Assembly: GCA_963821525.1 (NCBI GenBank)
Contig: CAWGED010000005.1
Span: forward strand, 416,001-480,000
Direction: 5' to 3'
Source of the DNA: an uncultured Gemmatimonadales bacterium
GTDB taxonomy: Bacteria; Gemmatimonadota; Gemmatimonadetes; Gemmatimonadales; GWC2-71-9
DNA length: 64,000 bases
Shown: positions 44,176 to 54,818 of the stretch, piece after piece
Layout of the letters: every line of letters starts with the position of its first letter
Position numbering within the stretch: position 1 is the first letter of the stretch
Program-made: the position numbers and the translations under genes
The notes under the pieces: model-generated
The model's database searches: none
Told to the model about the DNA's origin: nothing
What the model saw: only the letters and a program-made list of their open reading frames with translations

Positions 44176-45809
44176 CAGAAAGGCTTAAACCCCGGACTCC
44201 CGTATCGAGTCAGGTGCAGGATATCCCAGATCGGCACCACGTAGGCGATCAGCACCAGCACAACCGCCACGGCGAACCAGAGGCCCAGACGGTCCCACAC
44301 GGTGACCCGGTATCCCCCTGCCGGAGTGCCGAGCGATTCGGCCCAGACGATTGGCTCCGGTTCGATCGGCTTGCCAGCTAACAGCGTCCCCAGCATCACG
44401 AGCACGAAGAACCCAGCGCTGGCGAAGAGTACGACTCCGCCCAGGGCTGAGATCGTCGTCAATCCCTCCCACATGTGCGCCTGCGGCGCGCCGGCGTAAT
44501 CCGTGGTGAACACCCGGCGCGGCAGTCCCATCAACCCGGCGATGTGTCCAGTGAAGGAGAACAGCGCCATGCCGAGGAACCAGAGATAGGGCTGCACCTT
44601 GGCGAGGAGGCCCAGCTCGAGCGATCGGCCGCTCACCTTGGGCACCAACCAGTAGCAGGTTCCCATGAAGGTGAGGGCAGCAGCGCTCCCCACCGTGAGA
44701 TGGAAGTGGGCCGCGATCCAGGCGGTGTTGTGCACGACCGAGTTGAGCATGTAGGCCGCGTTTACCGCCCCGCCGAATCCGCCCACCATGAAGAGCAGAC
44801 AGGCCAGGAGAACGCTCGCCACCATGGGATTGCCCCAGGGCAGGGTACGAATCCAGCCGAACAAACCCTTCCCGCCTCGCAGCCGTCCCGCGACTTCCAG
44901 CGACGCCACGATGGTAAAGGCCGTCACGAAGCTGGGGAACGAAATGATCATGGTGTTGAACGTGTGCAGGAGCTTCCAGCTCGCGGGGATACCCGGATCC
45001 TGGAACTGGTGGTGAAGACCGACCGGAGTGGACAGGATCAGAAAGAGCGAGAAGACCATTCGCCCCAGCGGCTCGGAGAACAGTTTGCCGCCGGCTTCGC
45101 GGGGAAGGACGGTATACCAGATCGTGTAAGCGGGGAGGACCCAGAAATACACCAGTGGGTGGCCGAAGTACCAGAACAGAGTCCGTGCCAGAAGCGGATC
45201 GATCGTCTTGCTCAATCCCAGCGACCACGGGATGAGCTGAAAGAGCATCTCCGAGGCCACACCGATCGTGGCGAGGGCCCAGAGCATGGCGTTCGCCACG
45301 GTGCCGTGAAGCGCCAGGCTCACTGGCCGGTCGGGATGAGCCGCCTTGGCCTGCCGCCACGAAGCAATCATGATGGCCACCCATCCCCATGAGCCCACCA
45401 CGAGCAGCGTAAGGCCGATGTAGAAGAGCGGATGAGCCTGGAGCGGCGGGTAGAAGGTGTAGAGCACGCTCGACTTGAAGGCGAACACCGTAGCCAGCGC
45501 CATCACCACGCCCGCCAGGCTCACGAAGTAGCAGGTCCAGGCCAACCTGGGCCATTTGATCGCGCCGATCTCCTGGCGGGCAATGACGTACCCCAGGGCC
45601 ATGATGAAGAAGGTGGTGAACACCAGCGCCATCAGCACGCCATGCGCCGTCACCGACATGTAGTACATCCGCGCAGTCCGGAACGGCAGATCCAGGTTGG
45701 CCCGGCTGATCGCCTGCATCATGGCCATCGCCGCGGCCACGCCAAAGGCGAGGACCGCAACCCAGATGTGGGCCAGGATCAGCCTTCTGCCCTCTTGGTT
45801 AGTGGTCAT
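44175..45809 (-). CDS. cbaA: ba3-type (B-family) heme-copper oxidase subunit I
   Basis: TAHGVLM, YTFYPPL, WYFGHPLVYFW (His-Tyr), GLHHQF, HNTAW..AHFH, PRR. Confidence 0.9.
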   Translation of the reverse strand: MTTNQEGRRLILAHIWVAVLAFGVAAAMAMMQAISRANLDLPFRTARMYYMSVTAHGVLMALVFTTFFIMALGYVIARQEIGAIKWPRLAWTCYFVSLAGVVMALATVFAFKSSVLYTFYPPLQAHPLFYIGLTLLVVGSWGWVAIMIASWRQAKAAHPDRPVSLALHGTVANAMLWALATIGVASEMLFQLIPWSLGLSKTIDPLLARTLFWYFGHPLVYFWVLPAYTIWYTVLPREAGGKLFSEPLGRMVFSLFLILSTPVGLHHQFQDPGIPASWKLLHTFNTMIISFPSFVTAFTIVASLEVAGRLRGGKGLFGWIRTLPWGNPMVASVLLACLLFMVGGFGGAVNAAYMLNSVVHNTAWIAAHFHLTVGSAAALTFMGTCYWLVPKVSGRSLELGLLAKVQPYLWFLGMALFSFTGHIAGLMGLPRRVFTTDYAGAPQAHMWEGLTTISALGGVVLFASAGFFVLVMLGTLLAGKPIEPEPIVWAESLGTPAGGYRVTVWDRLGLWFAVAVVLVLIAYVVPIWDILHLTRYGSPGFKPF

Positions 45810-46333
45810 GGGACACCTCGCTCTCCGGCTGCACGGCTACCTGCGGCGCCTTCCACTCCGCCTTGGGCACTACCTGCATCTTGGCCATCATGCCCTGGTG
45901 CCCGATGCCGCAGTATTCGTTGCACGCGATCAGGTACTCGCCCGGCTGGTTGAACTGGGTCGTGAACTGGCTGATGTATCCGGGAACCACCATGGACTGT
46001 CCGTTGGTGCGGACAATCTCGAAGCCGTGCGTTACGTCGATCGACGTGAGATGAAAGGTCACCGGCGTCTCGGCCGGCACCGAGAACTCCGGCGGCAGCC
46101 AGGTGAACATCAGGGCGATGATGTCGGCGTGTACCCGACCCTCGCTGTCCAGACGGACACCCTGCGGGGTGAATCGCGGATCCTTCATCGCCGCCTGGGG
46201 ATCGATCGTCTCCACGTGGCTGGGCGGCTGGAAATGGTGGCCGAGGGCGGAGATCGCAGTCGTCGTGAAGAACAGTGACGAGCACCACGCCGACGCCCCA
46301 CATCCAGATCCGCTCGTAGAGGTCGACCTTCAT
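45799..46333 (-). CDS. cbaB: ba3-type oxidase subunit II (CuA) (frameshift near 46275)
   Basis: MKVDLYERIWMW single TM; SIDVTHGF; CNEYCGIGHQGM. Confidence 0.9.
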
Positions 46334-46470
46334 GGCGTCACCGGCTGGCGGGCCAGGTAGATGTAGATGTAGATCGCGAACCATCCGATGACGAACAGCA
46401 CTGCGTAGGCGCCTACGAAGGCGAAGGTCCCGATCGGATGCTCGGGCAGGCCTGGAGGCATTTCAGACAT
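46330..46470 (-). CDS. cbaD: ba3-type oxidase subunit IIa (46 aa)
   Basis: Below the ORF-track cutoff: MSEMPPGLPEHPIGTFAFVGAYAVLFVIGWFAIYIYIYLARQPVTP*; single TM with P.G....W..Y...AR pattern; stop overlaps the subunit II ATG. Confidence 0.75.
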   Translation of the reverse strand: MSEMPPGLPEHPIGTFAFVGAYAVLFVIGWFAIYIYIYLARQPVTP

Positions 46471-46528
46471 AAGGCCTCGGCTGAAGGGGAAAGCGATGGA
46501 GTTGGGCGGAACGACTCAGTATGTCGGG

Positions 46529-46541
46529 ACGATTCATGAAG
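46529..46541 (-). promoter_or_regulatory. Candidate shared operator upstream of the cba operon
   Basis: ACGATTCATGAAG, identical to 54806-54818. Confidence 0.5.
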
Positions 46542-46569
46542 CCGATCCCAGAATAATGTGAAGCGCGAT

Positions 46570-48325
46570 TCAGGACTCCGCGACCCCGCGCGGGTGCCGC
46601 CTCCGCTCGCCATGCGGCGTTTCCCGGGCGACGGTGGGCTCGGCAAAGGCCGGCCGTTCGGCGGTTGAGAGTCCCAGGTAGACCCGGGCCCGGTTCAGGG
46701 CGTCATCCAGGTTCCCGCACACATTCGCTTCGCCCAGCTCGTCGTAAAAGCCTGAATTGGTGAGGGCCACGACCGGTTGGGAGTGCACGTCGGAGAGGAT
46801 CACGAGCGTGCCCTCTCGGCGGCTCCGGTTTACCACGTCCCGAAGCGCGGCCAGACCCGTCGAATCAATGGCCGGGACCCTGCGCATGCGGATGATCAGG
46901 ACCTTCGGGCGTTTCGCCACCGACCCGACAGTATCCTTAAAGGTCTCCGCCGCGCCGAAGAAGAACGGCCCATCAATCTCGTAGACGTCCACCCCGGCCG
47001 GGATCTCGCGACGGTTGGTGGCATTGGGGTCCCATTTCTCCTCTTCATCCCCATTGAGGAACTCCCGATTCACCAGGCTGATATTCGTCACCTCCGCCAT
47101 TCGTTTCATGAAGAGGAAGGCGGCCAGGACCATCCCGACCTCGACCGCCACCGTGAGGTCCACCAGGACAGTCAGGGTGAAGGTCGTGAGGAGCACTGCC
47201 ACGTCGCTCTTGGGTGCACGCAATTCTCCCCGAAAGCGGCCGAGTTCGCTCATGTGGTAGCTCACCACGACCAGAATCGCCGCCAAGACGGCCATCGGTA
47301 TCAGCCCGGCCCAGCGTCCGAAGAACAAGGTGATGAGTAGGAGGGTGAGGGCGTGGATCATGCCCGCCACCGGGGTCCGGCCCCCGTTCTTTACGTTGGT
47401 GGCCGTCCTCGCGATGGCGCCGGTCGCCGGGATGCCGCCGAACACGTGGCGAGGCGAGGTTCGCGATCCCCTGTGCCACCAGCTCCATGTTGGAGCGATG
47501 CCGCGAGCCGATCATGCCGTCCGACACCACTGCCGACAGCAGGGACTCGATGCCGGCCAGCATCGCGATGGTGAAAGCCGGGGCGACTAAGCCTCGCATG
47601 GTTTCCCACGACGTGCTCGGCAGGCTGGGCCTCGGAAGCGATGCGTGGATCTCCCCAAACCGATCTCCAATCGTTTCCACCGGCAGGTGGAAGAGCTGCA
47701 CCAGTGCCGTCATGGCGACCAGCGCAACGAAGGGCGCGGGGATCCGTCGGCTCAGCCGAGGCCACAGCAGGATGATCGCCAACGAGGCGAGCGAGACCCC
47801 TGCCGCAGTCCAGTTGACCGCACCGGCGTGCTGGGCGTAGACCTGCCACTTCCCGACGAAATCCGCCGGAACCGAGCCCATCTGAAGTCCCAGCAGGTCC
47901 TTCACCTGGCCGGAGAAGATGATCAGGGCGATGCCGGAGGTGAATCCGAGAGTGACCGGGTATGGGATGAACTTGATGGCCCCGCCGAGTCGGGCGAGTC
48001 CCATGACGATAAGGATGACGCCCGCCATCAAAGTCGCGACCCACAATCCGTCGAGCCCGTGCTGCTGGACGATTCCGTAGACAATCACGACGAAGGCGCC
48101 GGTCGGTCCCCCGATCTGCACCCGGGAGCCGCCCAGCGCCGAGATGATGAATCCCGCGATGATCGCCGTGTAGAGGCCGCGCTCAGGCGTTACCCCGCTG
48201 GCGATGGCGAAGGCGATGGCCAATGGCAGCGCGACAATTCCGACTACGATTCCGGCGATTAGGTCTGCGGTGAACTGCTGGCGGGTATAGCCCTTCAGTG
48301 TGGTCGCGATTTTGGGGAGAAGCAT
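46570..48325 (-). CDS. SulP family anion transporter with STAS domain (frameshift near 47450)
   Basis: [58 protein letters not shown]. Confidence 0.93.
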
Positions 48326-48365
48326 CGGCAATGGGGTCAGAGAATGCCAACCCGTGCATCACGCA

Positions 48366-48818
48366 CTATTCTCGTCGTTGCTCGGTACTCGGTACTCGGT
48401 ACTCGGTACTCGGTACTCGGTATCGGTACCTATCCCTCTCCTCCACCGGTCGAATGCAGAGATCGAACGCCAGAAAGAGGCTCCTCGCAAACGGCCAAAA
48501 CAGAAATGGGGTGATCAGGGCTTCGAGCGGCCCCACGTATTGCAGGGTATCCCAGGGCGGGTTGGGCCAGGTTGCGATGACGGTGCCCACGAACACCATC
48601 GTCGAAAAGCCTTCCGCCATGAGGAGGTTGAACCAGAGCGCTCCGAGGGTGTAGCCGTCCTCGCCCCGGGTAGTGCGCAACCCGCAATTCGGGCAGCGGT
48701 CTACCATCCGGAACCAGCCATGGAACATGGGACCGCCACCGCAGGCGGGACACCGGCGACGAAGAGCACGCAGAAACATCGTGCGCTTCTGGGGAACAGG
48801 ATGAGCGGCGACCGCCAT
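48366..48818 (-). CDS. DUF983 family Zn-ribbon membrane protein
   Basis: RCPACGGGPMF...CPNCG, two TMs; tail derived from CTCGGTA repeats. Confidence 0.8.
   Translation of the reverse strand: MAVAAHPVPQKRTMFLRALRRRCPACGGGPMFHGWFRMVDRCPNCGLRTTRGEDGYTLGALWFNLLMAEGFSTMVFVGTVIATWPNPPWDTLQYVGPLEALITPFLFWPFARSLFLAFDLCIRPVEERDRYRYRVPSTEYRVPSTEQRRE
48381..48428. repeat. CTCGGTA tandem repeat (about 6 units)
   Basis: Visible directly; translates on the minus strand as YRVPSTEYRVPSTE. Confidence 0.9.
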
Positions 48819-48903
48819 GGCAGCGAGCCTGATCGAGTGCGAGAGAGGCTGCAATATAAATCCTTACCTTGGCAGCCGAGATGGGTTGGGACTATGATGT
48901 GAC

Positions 48904-50159
48904 ATGGATTGGGTGAATCTGGCGGTGGCGGCGCTGATCGGACTCGTTGTCGGAATCGAACGGGAATGGTCGGGTCACGCCTCAGGGCCGCACGCCCGGT
49001 TCGCGGGAGTCAGGACGTTTTTCCTGTTGGGCATCGTTGGCGGCGCGGCGGGCCTGCTGATCGAGAGCAACGCGGAGTTTACCGCCGGAATCCTGCTCGC
49101 GGGCGGGGCGGCCTTGGCGGTCGCGGCGTACCTGATGGCGGCCCGCCGCGGTCCCGAGTCGATCGAGGGCACGACCGAAACCGCGGCGATCGCGGTGCTG
49201 GCGCTCGGAGCCTTGGCCGGTACCGGGGCGACCAAGCTCGCCGCAGCGGTCGGTGCCGTGATCGTCCTGGCCTTGCGGGAGAAGACCGCACTGCATCGGC
49301 TGATTGGCCGCATCGACGACGTCGAGCTGCGCGCCGCCTTCCAATTCGCTGTTCTCGCCCTTGTCATCCTGCCGCTCCTTCCCACCGGCCCATACGGCCC
49401 GCTGGGCGGCGTCGAGCCTCGCAAGCTGTGGCTCGTGGTCCTCATCATGTCCGGCCTCAGCTACATCGGTTACGTGGCGCGCCGCGTCGTGGGTGCCAGC
49501 CACGGATACGCGGTGACCGGGCTCCTCGGCGGCGTGGTCTCCTCCACCGCGGTAACTCTCACCTTCTCTCGCCGCAGCCGGGACCATCCGGCGCTGGGTG
49601 GTCCGCTGGCGATCGGAGTAATCGGTGCCTGTACCGTTCTCGTGTTGCGCGTGCTGGTCGTCACACTCGCCCTCAACCGCGCGCTGGCACTCCCCCTCAT
49701 CCCCTTCCTGGTCCCGCCATTTGTAATCGGGAGCCGCCTGGGTTGTCATTTCGCTTTTGCGGACCCGCGGCAAGGCTGCGCGCGAAAAGGACGATGAGGG
49801 GTCCCGCAATCCGCTTGCGACTGGGCTCCGCGATCGTCATGGCGCTGGGATTCCAGGCCGTGCTCATTCTCGTCGCGTTTGTCCGGCAACGGTTCGGTGA
49901 CAACGGGGTGCTCCCCACCGCGGCGCTGCTGGGCCTGACCGACATGGATGCGCTCACCCTCGCGATGAACCGGCTGGGGAAGAACGAGGAGACTCTGGGT
50001 CTCGCGGCCCGGGCCCTGGCGATCGGAATTCTCTCCAACACGGTTCTCAAATTGGGGATCGCGATGGTGCTGGGTCGCGGGCGCTTCAGACTTGGGGCCG
50101 CCCTGGGGCTGATTTCGCTCGGATTGGGGTCGCTTCTTGGTCTCTGGGTGTTCTGGTGA
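48904..50159 (+). CDS. MgtC/SapB family protein with DUF4010 (frameshift near 49730-49790)
   Basis: GLVVGIERE, AGVRTF, GTTE, GGVVSSTAVT, GLTDMDA. Confidence 0.88.
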
Positions 50160-50268
50160 GGGGGAGCCGGACGTCAGGCAGGGCAAGTACCCCGCTGTTC
50201 TCATCCTCGCTTCATCCCTTCCTCATGAGCTGGGCCGCACTTTTCCTCAGGTTCAACTCGAGGGTCAT

Positions 50269-50922
50269 ATGGATCTCTATACACGTTCCGAGGCTGGTCG
50301 TCGGCTGGCGAAAGTCCTGGCTCCTTGGGAATTCGAGCAGCCGCTCATTTTCGCATTGTCTGCGGGTGGCGCCCGGGTCGCCTTCGAGGTCGCCCAGCGA
50401 TTCGGGGCGCCGCTGGACCTGGTTTCGGCCCGCAAGCTGGAGGTTCCCGGTCGCTGGCGGTCGGCATTTGGTGCGATAACGCCCAGGTCGATGCGGATCT
50501 CCCGCCCGCAGATGAAAGCCTTGGCTCTCCCCAAGCCATACGTGAAGGACTTGGTCCAGCGGGAGGAGCGGGAAGCCATGTTGGAGGAGCGGGCCCACCG
50601 TGGGGCTGCCGAGCCTCTCGAATTGGAGGATCGGCTCGTCATCCTGGTCGACGATGGTCTGGCTGATCCGATGGTCGTGAGCGCCGGGATCGCATCGCTT
50701 CGGGCCCGTCATCCGGCTCGGCTTTTCCTCGCGGTTCCTTTTGCCTCGCCCGAGCTCAAGCTGGCGGTGAGGCGTATGGTTGATCGTCTGGTAGTCGATC
50801 GGGAATCCGACGATCAGCCCGCAATGCTCATTTGTGACGAGTGCTTCATCCAGACGACCTGGGAAGATGTGCGTCGGATGGTGGAGCTTTCTCGCCAGCA
50901 GGTCGAACTGCTCCCCGCATAG
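50269..50922 (+). CDS. Phosphoribosyltransferase family protein
   Basis: RSEAGRRLA, RKLEVPG..AFGA, VILVDDGLA, LAVP. Confidence 0.82.
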   Translation: MDLYTRSEAGRRLAKVLAPWEFEQPLIFALSAGGARVAFEVAQRFGAPLDLVSARKLEVPGRWRSAFGAITPRSMRISRPQMKALALPKPYVKDLVQREEREAMLEERAHRGAAEPLELEDRLVILVDDGLADPMVVSAGIASLRARHPARLFLAVPFASPELKLAVRRMVDRLVVDRESDDQPAMLICDECFIQTTWEDVRRMVELSRQQVELLPA

Positions 50923-50978
50923 CTGCTGCCGGGTTGGGGATTCACGCTTTTCTCTGCTTCCCAAGTGACCCGAAAACT

Positions 50979-51007
50979 TTCGCCCCGCCTGAGGCTGGCG
51001 GGGCGAA
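50979..51007 (-). terminator. Intrinsic terminator between convergent genes
   Basis: TTCGCCCCGCC-7nt-GGCGGGGCGAA perfect stem, with an A-run on the left. Confidence 0.75.
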
Positions 51008-51034
51008 TGAGCGGTGTACGAGACCGAAGAGGGC

Positions 51035-51496
51035 TCAGCCCTTGATCAAGATCTTGTTCTTGATTGCGGGCTCGATCTTCGGAAGCCGGACGACCAGAAT
51101 TCCGTCCTGATAGGTCGCTTCGATCTTGTTGGCCTCAACCGCCTTGGGAAGCCGAATGGTCCGGACGAACTTCCCGGTCTCGGTCTCCTCCCACAGGTAA
51201 TTCTCGATCTCTTCCTTCTTCCCCATCTCCCGGTGGCCCGTCAGCGTCAGCACGGCGCCTTCGAGCTGCACATCCAGGTTCTCCCGCGGTACACCGGGCA
51301 CTTCCAGACGCACGACATACTCCTTCTCCTTCTCGACCAGATCCAGCGCCGGCATCCAGGCGAATTCCCTGGTCCGCAGCGCCGGCGGCTCAAACCCGAC
51401 TGGCGCGAATGGGAAGGCGGGCCCGAAGAAGCGATCGAACACTTCCTCAAACTCCCTCTTGATCGGTGCCACATTGGGCAGCTTGGCGACTTTCAT
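51035..51496 (-). CDS. Hsp20/alpha-crystallin small heat-shock protein
   Basis: PALDLVE, EVPGV, GKFVRTIRLP, ATYQDGILVVRLPK. Confidence 0.93.
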   Translation of the reverse strand: MKVAKLPNVAPIKREFEEVFDRFFGPAFPFAPVGFEPPALRTREFAWMPALDLVEKEKEYVVRLEVPGVPRENLDVQLEGAVLTLTGHREMGKKEEIENYLWEETETGKFVRTIRLPKAVEANKIEATYQDGILVVRLPKIEPAIKNKILIKG

Positions 51497-51613
51497 ATGA
51501 CCTCCCCGCTGAAGACGTTGCTTTCCTGCCTGCTGAGCCCCCACGGCTCGACTACGGGGAGCAATATCGCAGGGGGGCAATGAAGCCCGACTGAAACGCG
51601 AGATAAGGGCTCA

Positions 51614-52068
51614 TCATGGTTTTGTGACTCGGCTTGGGCTGGATCGACTGGTGGCTGATGACCCAGACATAGGACGTCGACCGCGTCGACCTGGGCATCG
51701 GTCAACTCGCTCATCCCGCGGATCGGCATGGTGGTTCCCCTGGTCGATTCGTCCCGTGGAATCCCGTGCAGCACCCGGGACCGGATGGCCCGCCAGGTAT
51801 CGGCGCCGTGCATCCAGACGCCCTGCGCCAAAGGCGCCCCGCTGTCGGTTCCACCACCTTCCATGCCGTGACATGCGTAGCAGCCTCCCACACCTTGGAA
51901 GATCCGGCGTCCTTCGGCCACAGCAGAGTCGGTGACCTCCGGTGGGCGGGCGGCCGGGTCCTGCCCGAATGCGAGCGACGCCATCAGGAGCTGGGCGGCA
52001 ATCAGGGGCGCCATTAGCCGGAGGGCAGACTGGGCCCTCATGAATGGCAGGCTGAAGACAGAGCGCAT
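51614..52068 (-). CDS. Monoheme cytochrome c (3' end frameshifted, end approximate)
   Basis: RBS GGAGGTG before ATG 52068, signal peptide, CYACHG, distal TMP. Confidence 0.82.
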
Positions 52069-52079
52069 GATCACCTCCC

Positions 52080-54057
52080 GGACTGGCCCCGTAAGTGAGA
52101 CCTCGGATACCGGAATTCGTGGATCGGACTGCAATTCCAACGGCAATGCTCCAGCACCGAGGTGCGGCGTGGTAGCAGCACTTCCGCTTCCAATTGAAGC
52201 AGCGCCAGGGCCGCTTGCTCTCAACGCATTCAAGATGACCGCTACGTCAATGACTTCCTGAAGCAGCGCTCCGGCGGTTGGAGGAATGTGACCGAAGGCC
52301 GCGACCACCATCGCCGCTCCCGTCAGGCCGAGCCCCGCCCAGATGCTCTGTCGTGCGATCCCAAGGGTCCGGCGGCTGATCTCGATCGCATCCGCCAGCC
52401 GCGATGGGTCATCAGCCAGGATCACGGCATCCGCGGCCTCGGCGCTGATACCGCCACCGTGTGCAGCGAGAGCTACACCAACCGTTGCCCGGCGAAGCGC
52501 CGGGGCATCGTTGGTGCCGTCGCCCAGCATCACGACACGCCGCCTTCCCGTTCAAGCGCATCCACCACGACCAGCTTGTCTGCCGGCAAAAGGTCGGCGC
52601 GGACCTCCTGAATTCCCAGCTCTCGGGCAACCCGGTCGGCGTGAGCGATGTGGTCGCCGGTGAGCAGCATCGTGCGGTTGATTCCGAGGGCTGCCAGCCG
52701 GTCGAGCATGGCGTGAAGGTCGGGTCGAAGCCGGTCGGCGTAGTCGATGGCGCCGGCCAGCTCACCATCGACCATGACCCAGGCCCGAAGCCCGGCTCCA
52801 TCGGTTTGAGTGCAGGTTCAGCCGCCAGAGCCTGGCATGCTGCCGCATCAGGTAACTCAGGGCGCCAACCGCCACCCGATGCCCGTCGACCAATGCCGCT
52901 CACTCCCTGACCGGCCTGCTCCAACCACCTGTTGGGCCTGGCCGAGCGGGAGCGCCCGCCTGCTCCGCAGCCGTCACGACCGGGCGAGCCAGTGGATGTC
53001 CCGAACCAAGTTCGACCGACGCCGCGAGCCGCAGCACCGCTTTTCGTCGAAAGGAGCCGAACCGGTTACCCGGCGACACTGACGGATGTCCGACGGTCAG
53101 AGTGCCGGTCTTGTCGAAAACCGCGGTGGTCACACTGCCCAGTCGTTCCAGCGCCTCTCCGTGGCGCACGATGACACCGTGCCGTGCCGCCTGGTTGATC
53201 CCCCAATCATCGCCACCGGCGCAGCCAGAATGAGCGGACAAGGCGTCGCCACGACCAGCACGGCCAGGACCCGCTCGCTGTCGTGCGAGAGCAGCCACGC
53301 TGCGAGCGCAGACGAGGAGCGTGAGCGGGGTAAACCAGATCGCGTACCGGTCGGCGATGCGGAGCAGCGGCGACTTGGTCGCGCTGGCCTCTCGGACCAG
53401 TTGCACGATGCGGGCATACTGGCTTTCCCTGCGCGGTTTGGTGACCAGCGAGGACGAACGGGCTGTCCTGGTTGAGGCTGCCGCTCATCAGATGCGATCC
53501 CCAGCCTCGGCCCGGATCGGCATAGGCTCGCCGGTGAGCCGCGAGGCATCGACGTGAGGAATGCCCGGACTCCACGACGTTCCATCGCAGGGAACCATCT
53601 CTCCGGGGCGTACCAGCAGGCGATCCCCACCGAAACCGCCTCGGCCGTAATGTCCTCGACTCGTTCCCCGGTCAGACGGTGGGCCATCCGCGGCGCTGCG
53701 GCTTCGAGCTCCCGGACCGCCTCCGAGGCTCGGCCCGCCGCGTATCAGTTCCAGCGCCTCTCCGCCGGTCTGCATAAGGACCACGACCAGAGCCCGGAAG
53801 CGGCTGGTCGAGCAGCAGCGCCGTGACGATGGCCAGCATCGCCACGAGGTCCGCGGCGAAGCGGCCGGCGACGCATGCCTCGAATAGTGCGCCAGACCAC
53901 GCGGCAGGCCGGTAACGCAGCAAGCCCCGCCAGCCAGACGAGTGGGCCTGAGAAGCCAACGGCCCGGCGCGGAGCGCCAGGCCGGTCACGATGAAGAGGA
54001 GAGTAGTGAGAGGAAGGGCGGCAGCGCGGATGGCAGGTTGCGCTGGTCAGCGCTCAC
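52080..54057 (-). CDS. Heavy-metal P1B-type ATPase, P1B-5-like (many frameshifts; ends approximate)
   Basis: LTGEP, ATPCPLILAAP, FDKTGT, HP, GDGTNDAPAL, QEVIDVAVILNALR. Confidence 0.85.
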
Positions 54058-54764
54058 GGCAGGGAACCCCCTTGGCCGGCGCCGTTGGAACCGGCCGTGC
54101 CGGAGACAGAATCCGACACCCGCGCACTGTCTGGATCAGGTTCTCACCGGTCGCCTTCTGAAGCTTCCGCCGCACGATTCCCGACGTGCACATCAACCAC
54201 GTTGCTCTCCGGATCGAAGTGCATGTCCCAGACCTTCTCCAGCAGCGTGGTCCGTCGGACGACCTGCTCCGGATGCAGGAGGAAGAACTCGACGATCTGG
54301 AATTCCTTTGCCGTGAGGTCGAGTGGCTTGTCATCGACCAGGCAGACGTGGCGTAACCGGTCGAGGGTGAGGCTACTATACCGCAGCATCTCCATTCGCT
54401 CCGCACCGCCCCGGCGAACCAGGGCCCGGATCCGCGCCAGCAACTCGTCGAACCGGAACGGCTTCGCCAGGTAGTCGTCGGCACCGGCGTCCAGCCCGCG
54501 GACCACGTCCTCCACCGCGTCGCGAGACGTCAGCATGAGGATCGGAGTGGTGCGGCCCTCCCGCCTCAGCTCCAGGGCGACCTGGAATCCGTTCTTCTTG
54601 GGGAGCACCACGTCCAGCAGGATGACATCGTACTCGTACACATGAGCCAAGGTCCCGGCCTCTTCGCCATCGGCCGCGATATCCACTACATAGCCCTCTT
54701 CCTTCAGGCCCTGCTCGATGAACCCGGCGACCTTCCGGTCGTCCTCCACGACGAGAATTTTCAT
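54047..54764 (-). CDS. OmpR-family response regulator (3' frameshifts)
   Basis: MKILVVEDD, LLDVVLP, GADDYLAKPF, LTAKEF, WDMHFDPESNVVDVHV, IQTVRG. Confidence 0.93.
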
Positions 54765-54805
54765 GGTCTGCAGACCTAGCCCACCTTCGATGAACTGGCC
54801 TCTCA

Positions 54806-54818
54806 ACGATTCATGAAG
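54806..54818 (-). promoter_or_regulatory. Candidate shared operator upstream of the response regulator
   Basis: ACGATTCATGAAG, identical to 46529-46541. Confidence 0.5.

Noticed and set aside
44175..45809. Nitric oxide reductase (given proximity to nos)
   Set aside because: It retains the helix VI HPLVY tyrosine and has CuA subunit II plus subunit IIa, typical of ba3 O2 reductases.
51493..52533. Apparent P-type ATPase-cytochrome c fusion ORF
   Set aside because: The cytochrome part has its own strong RBS (GGAGGTG), ATG and signal peptide, and the region is indel-rich, so read-through is probably an artefact.
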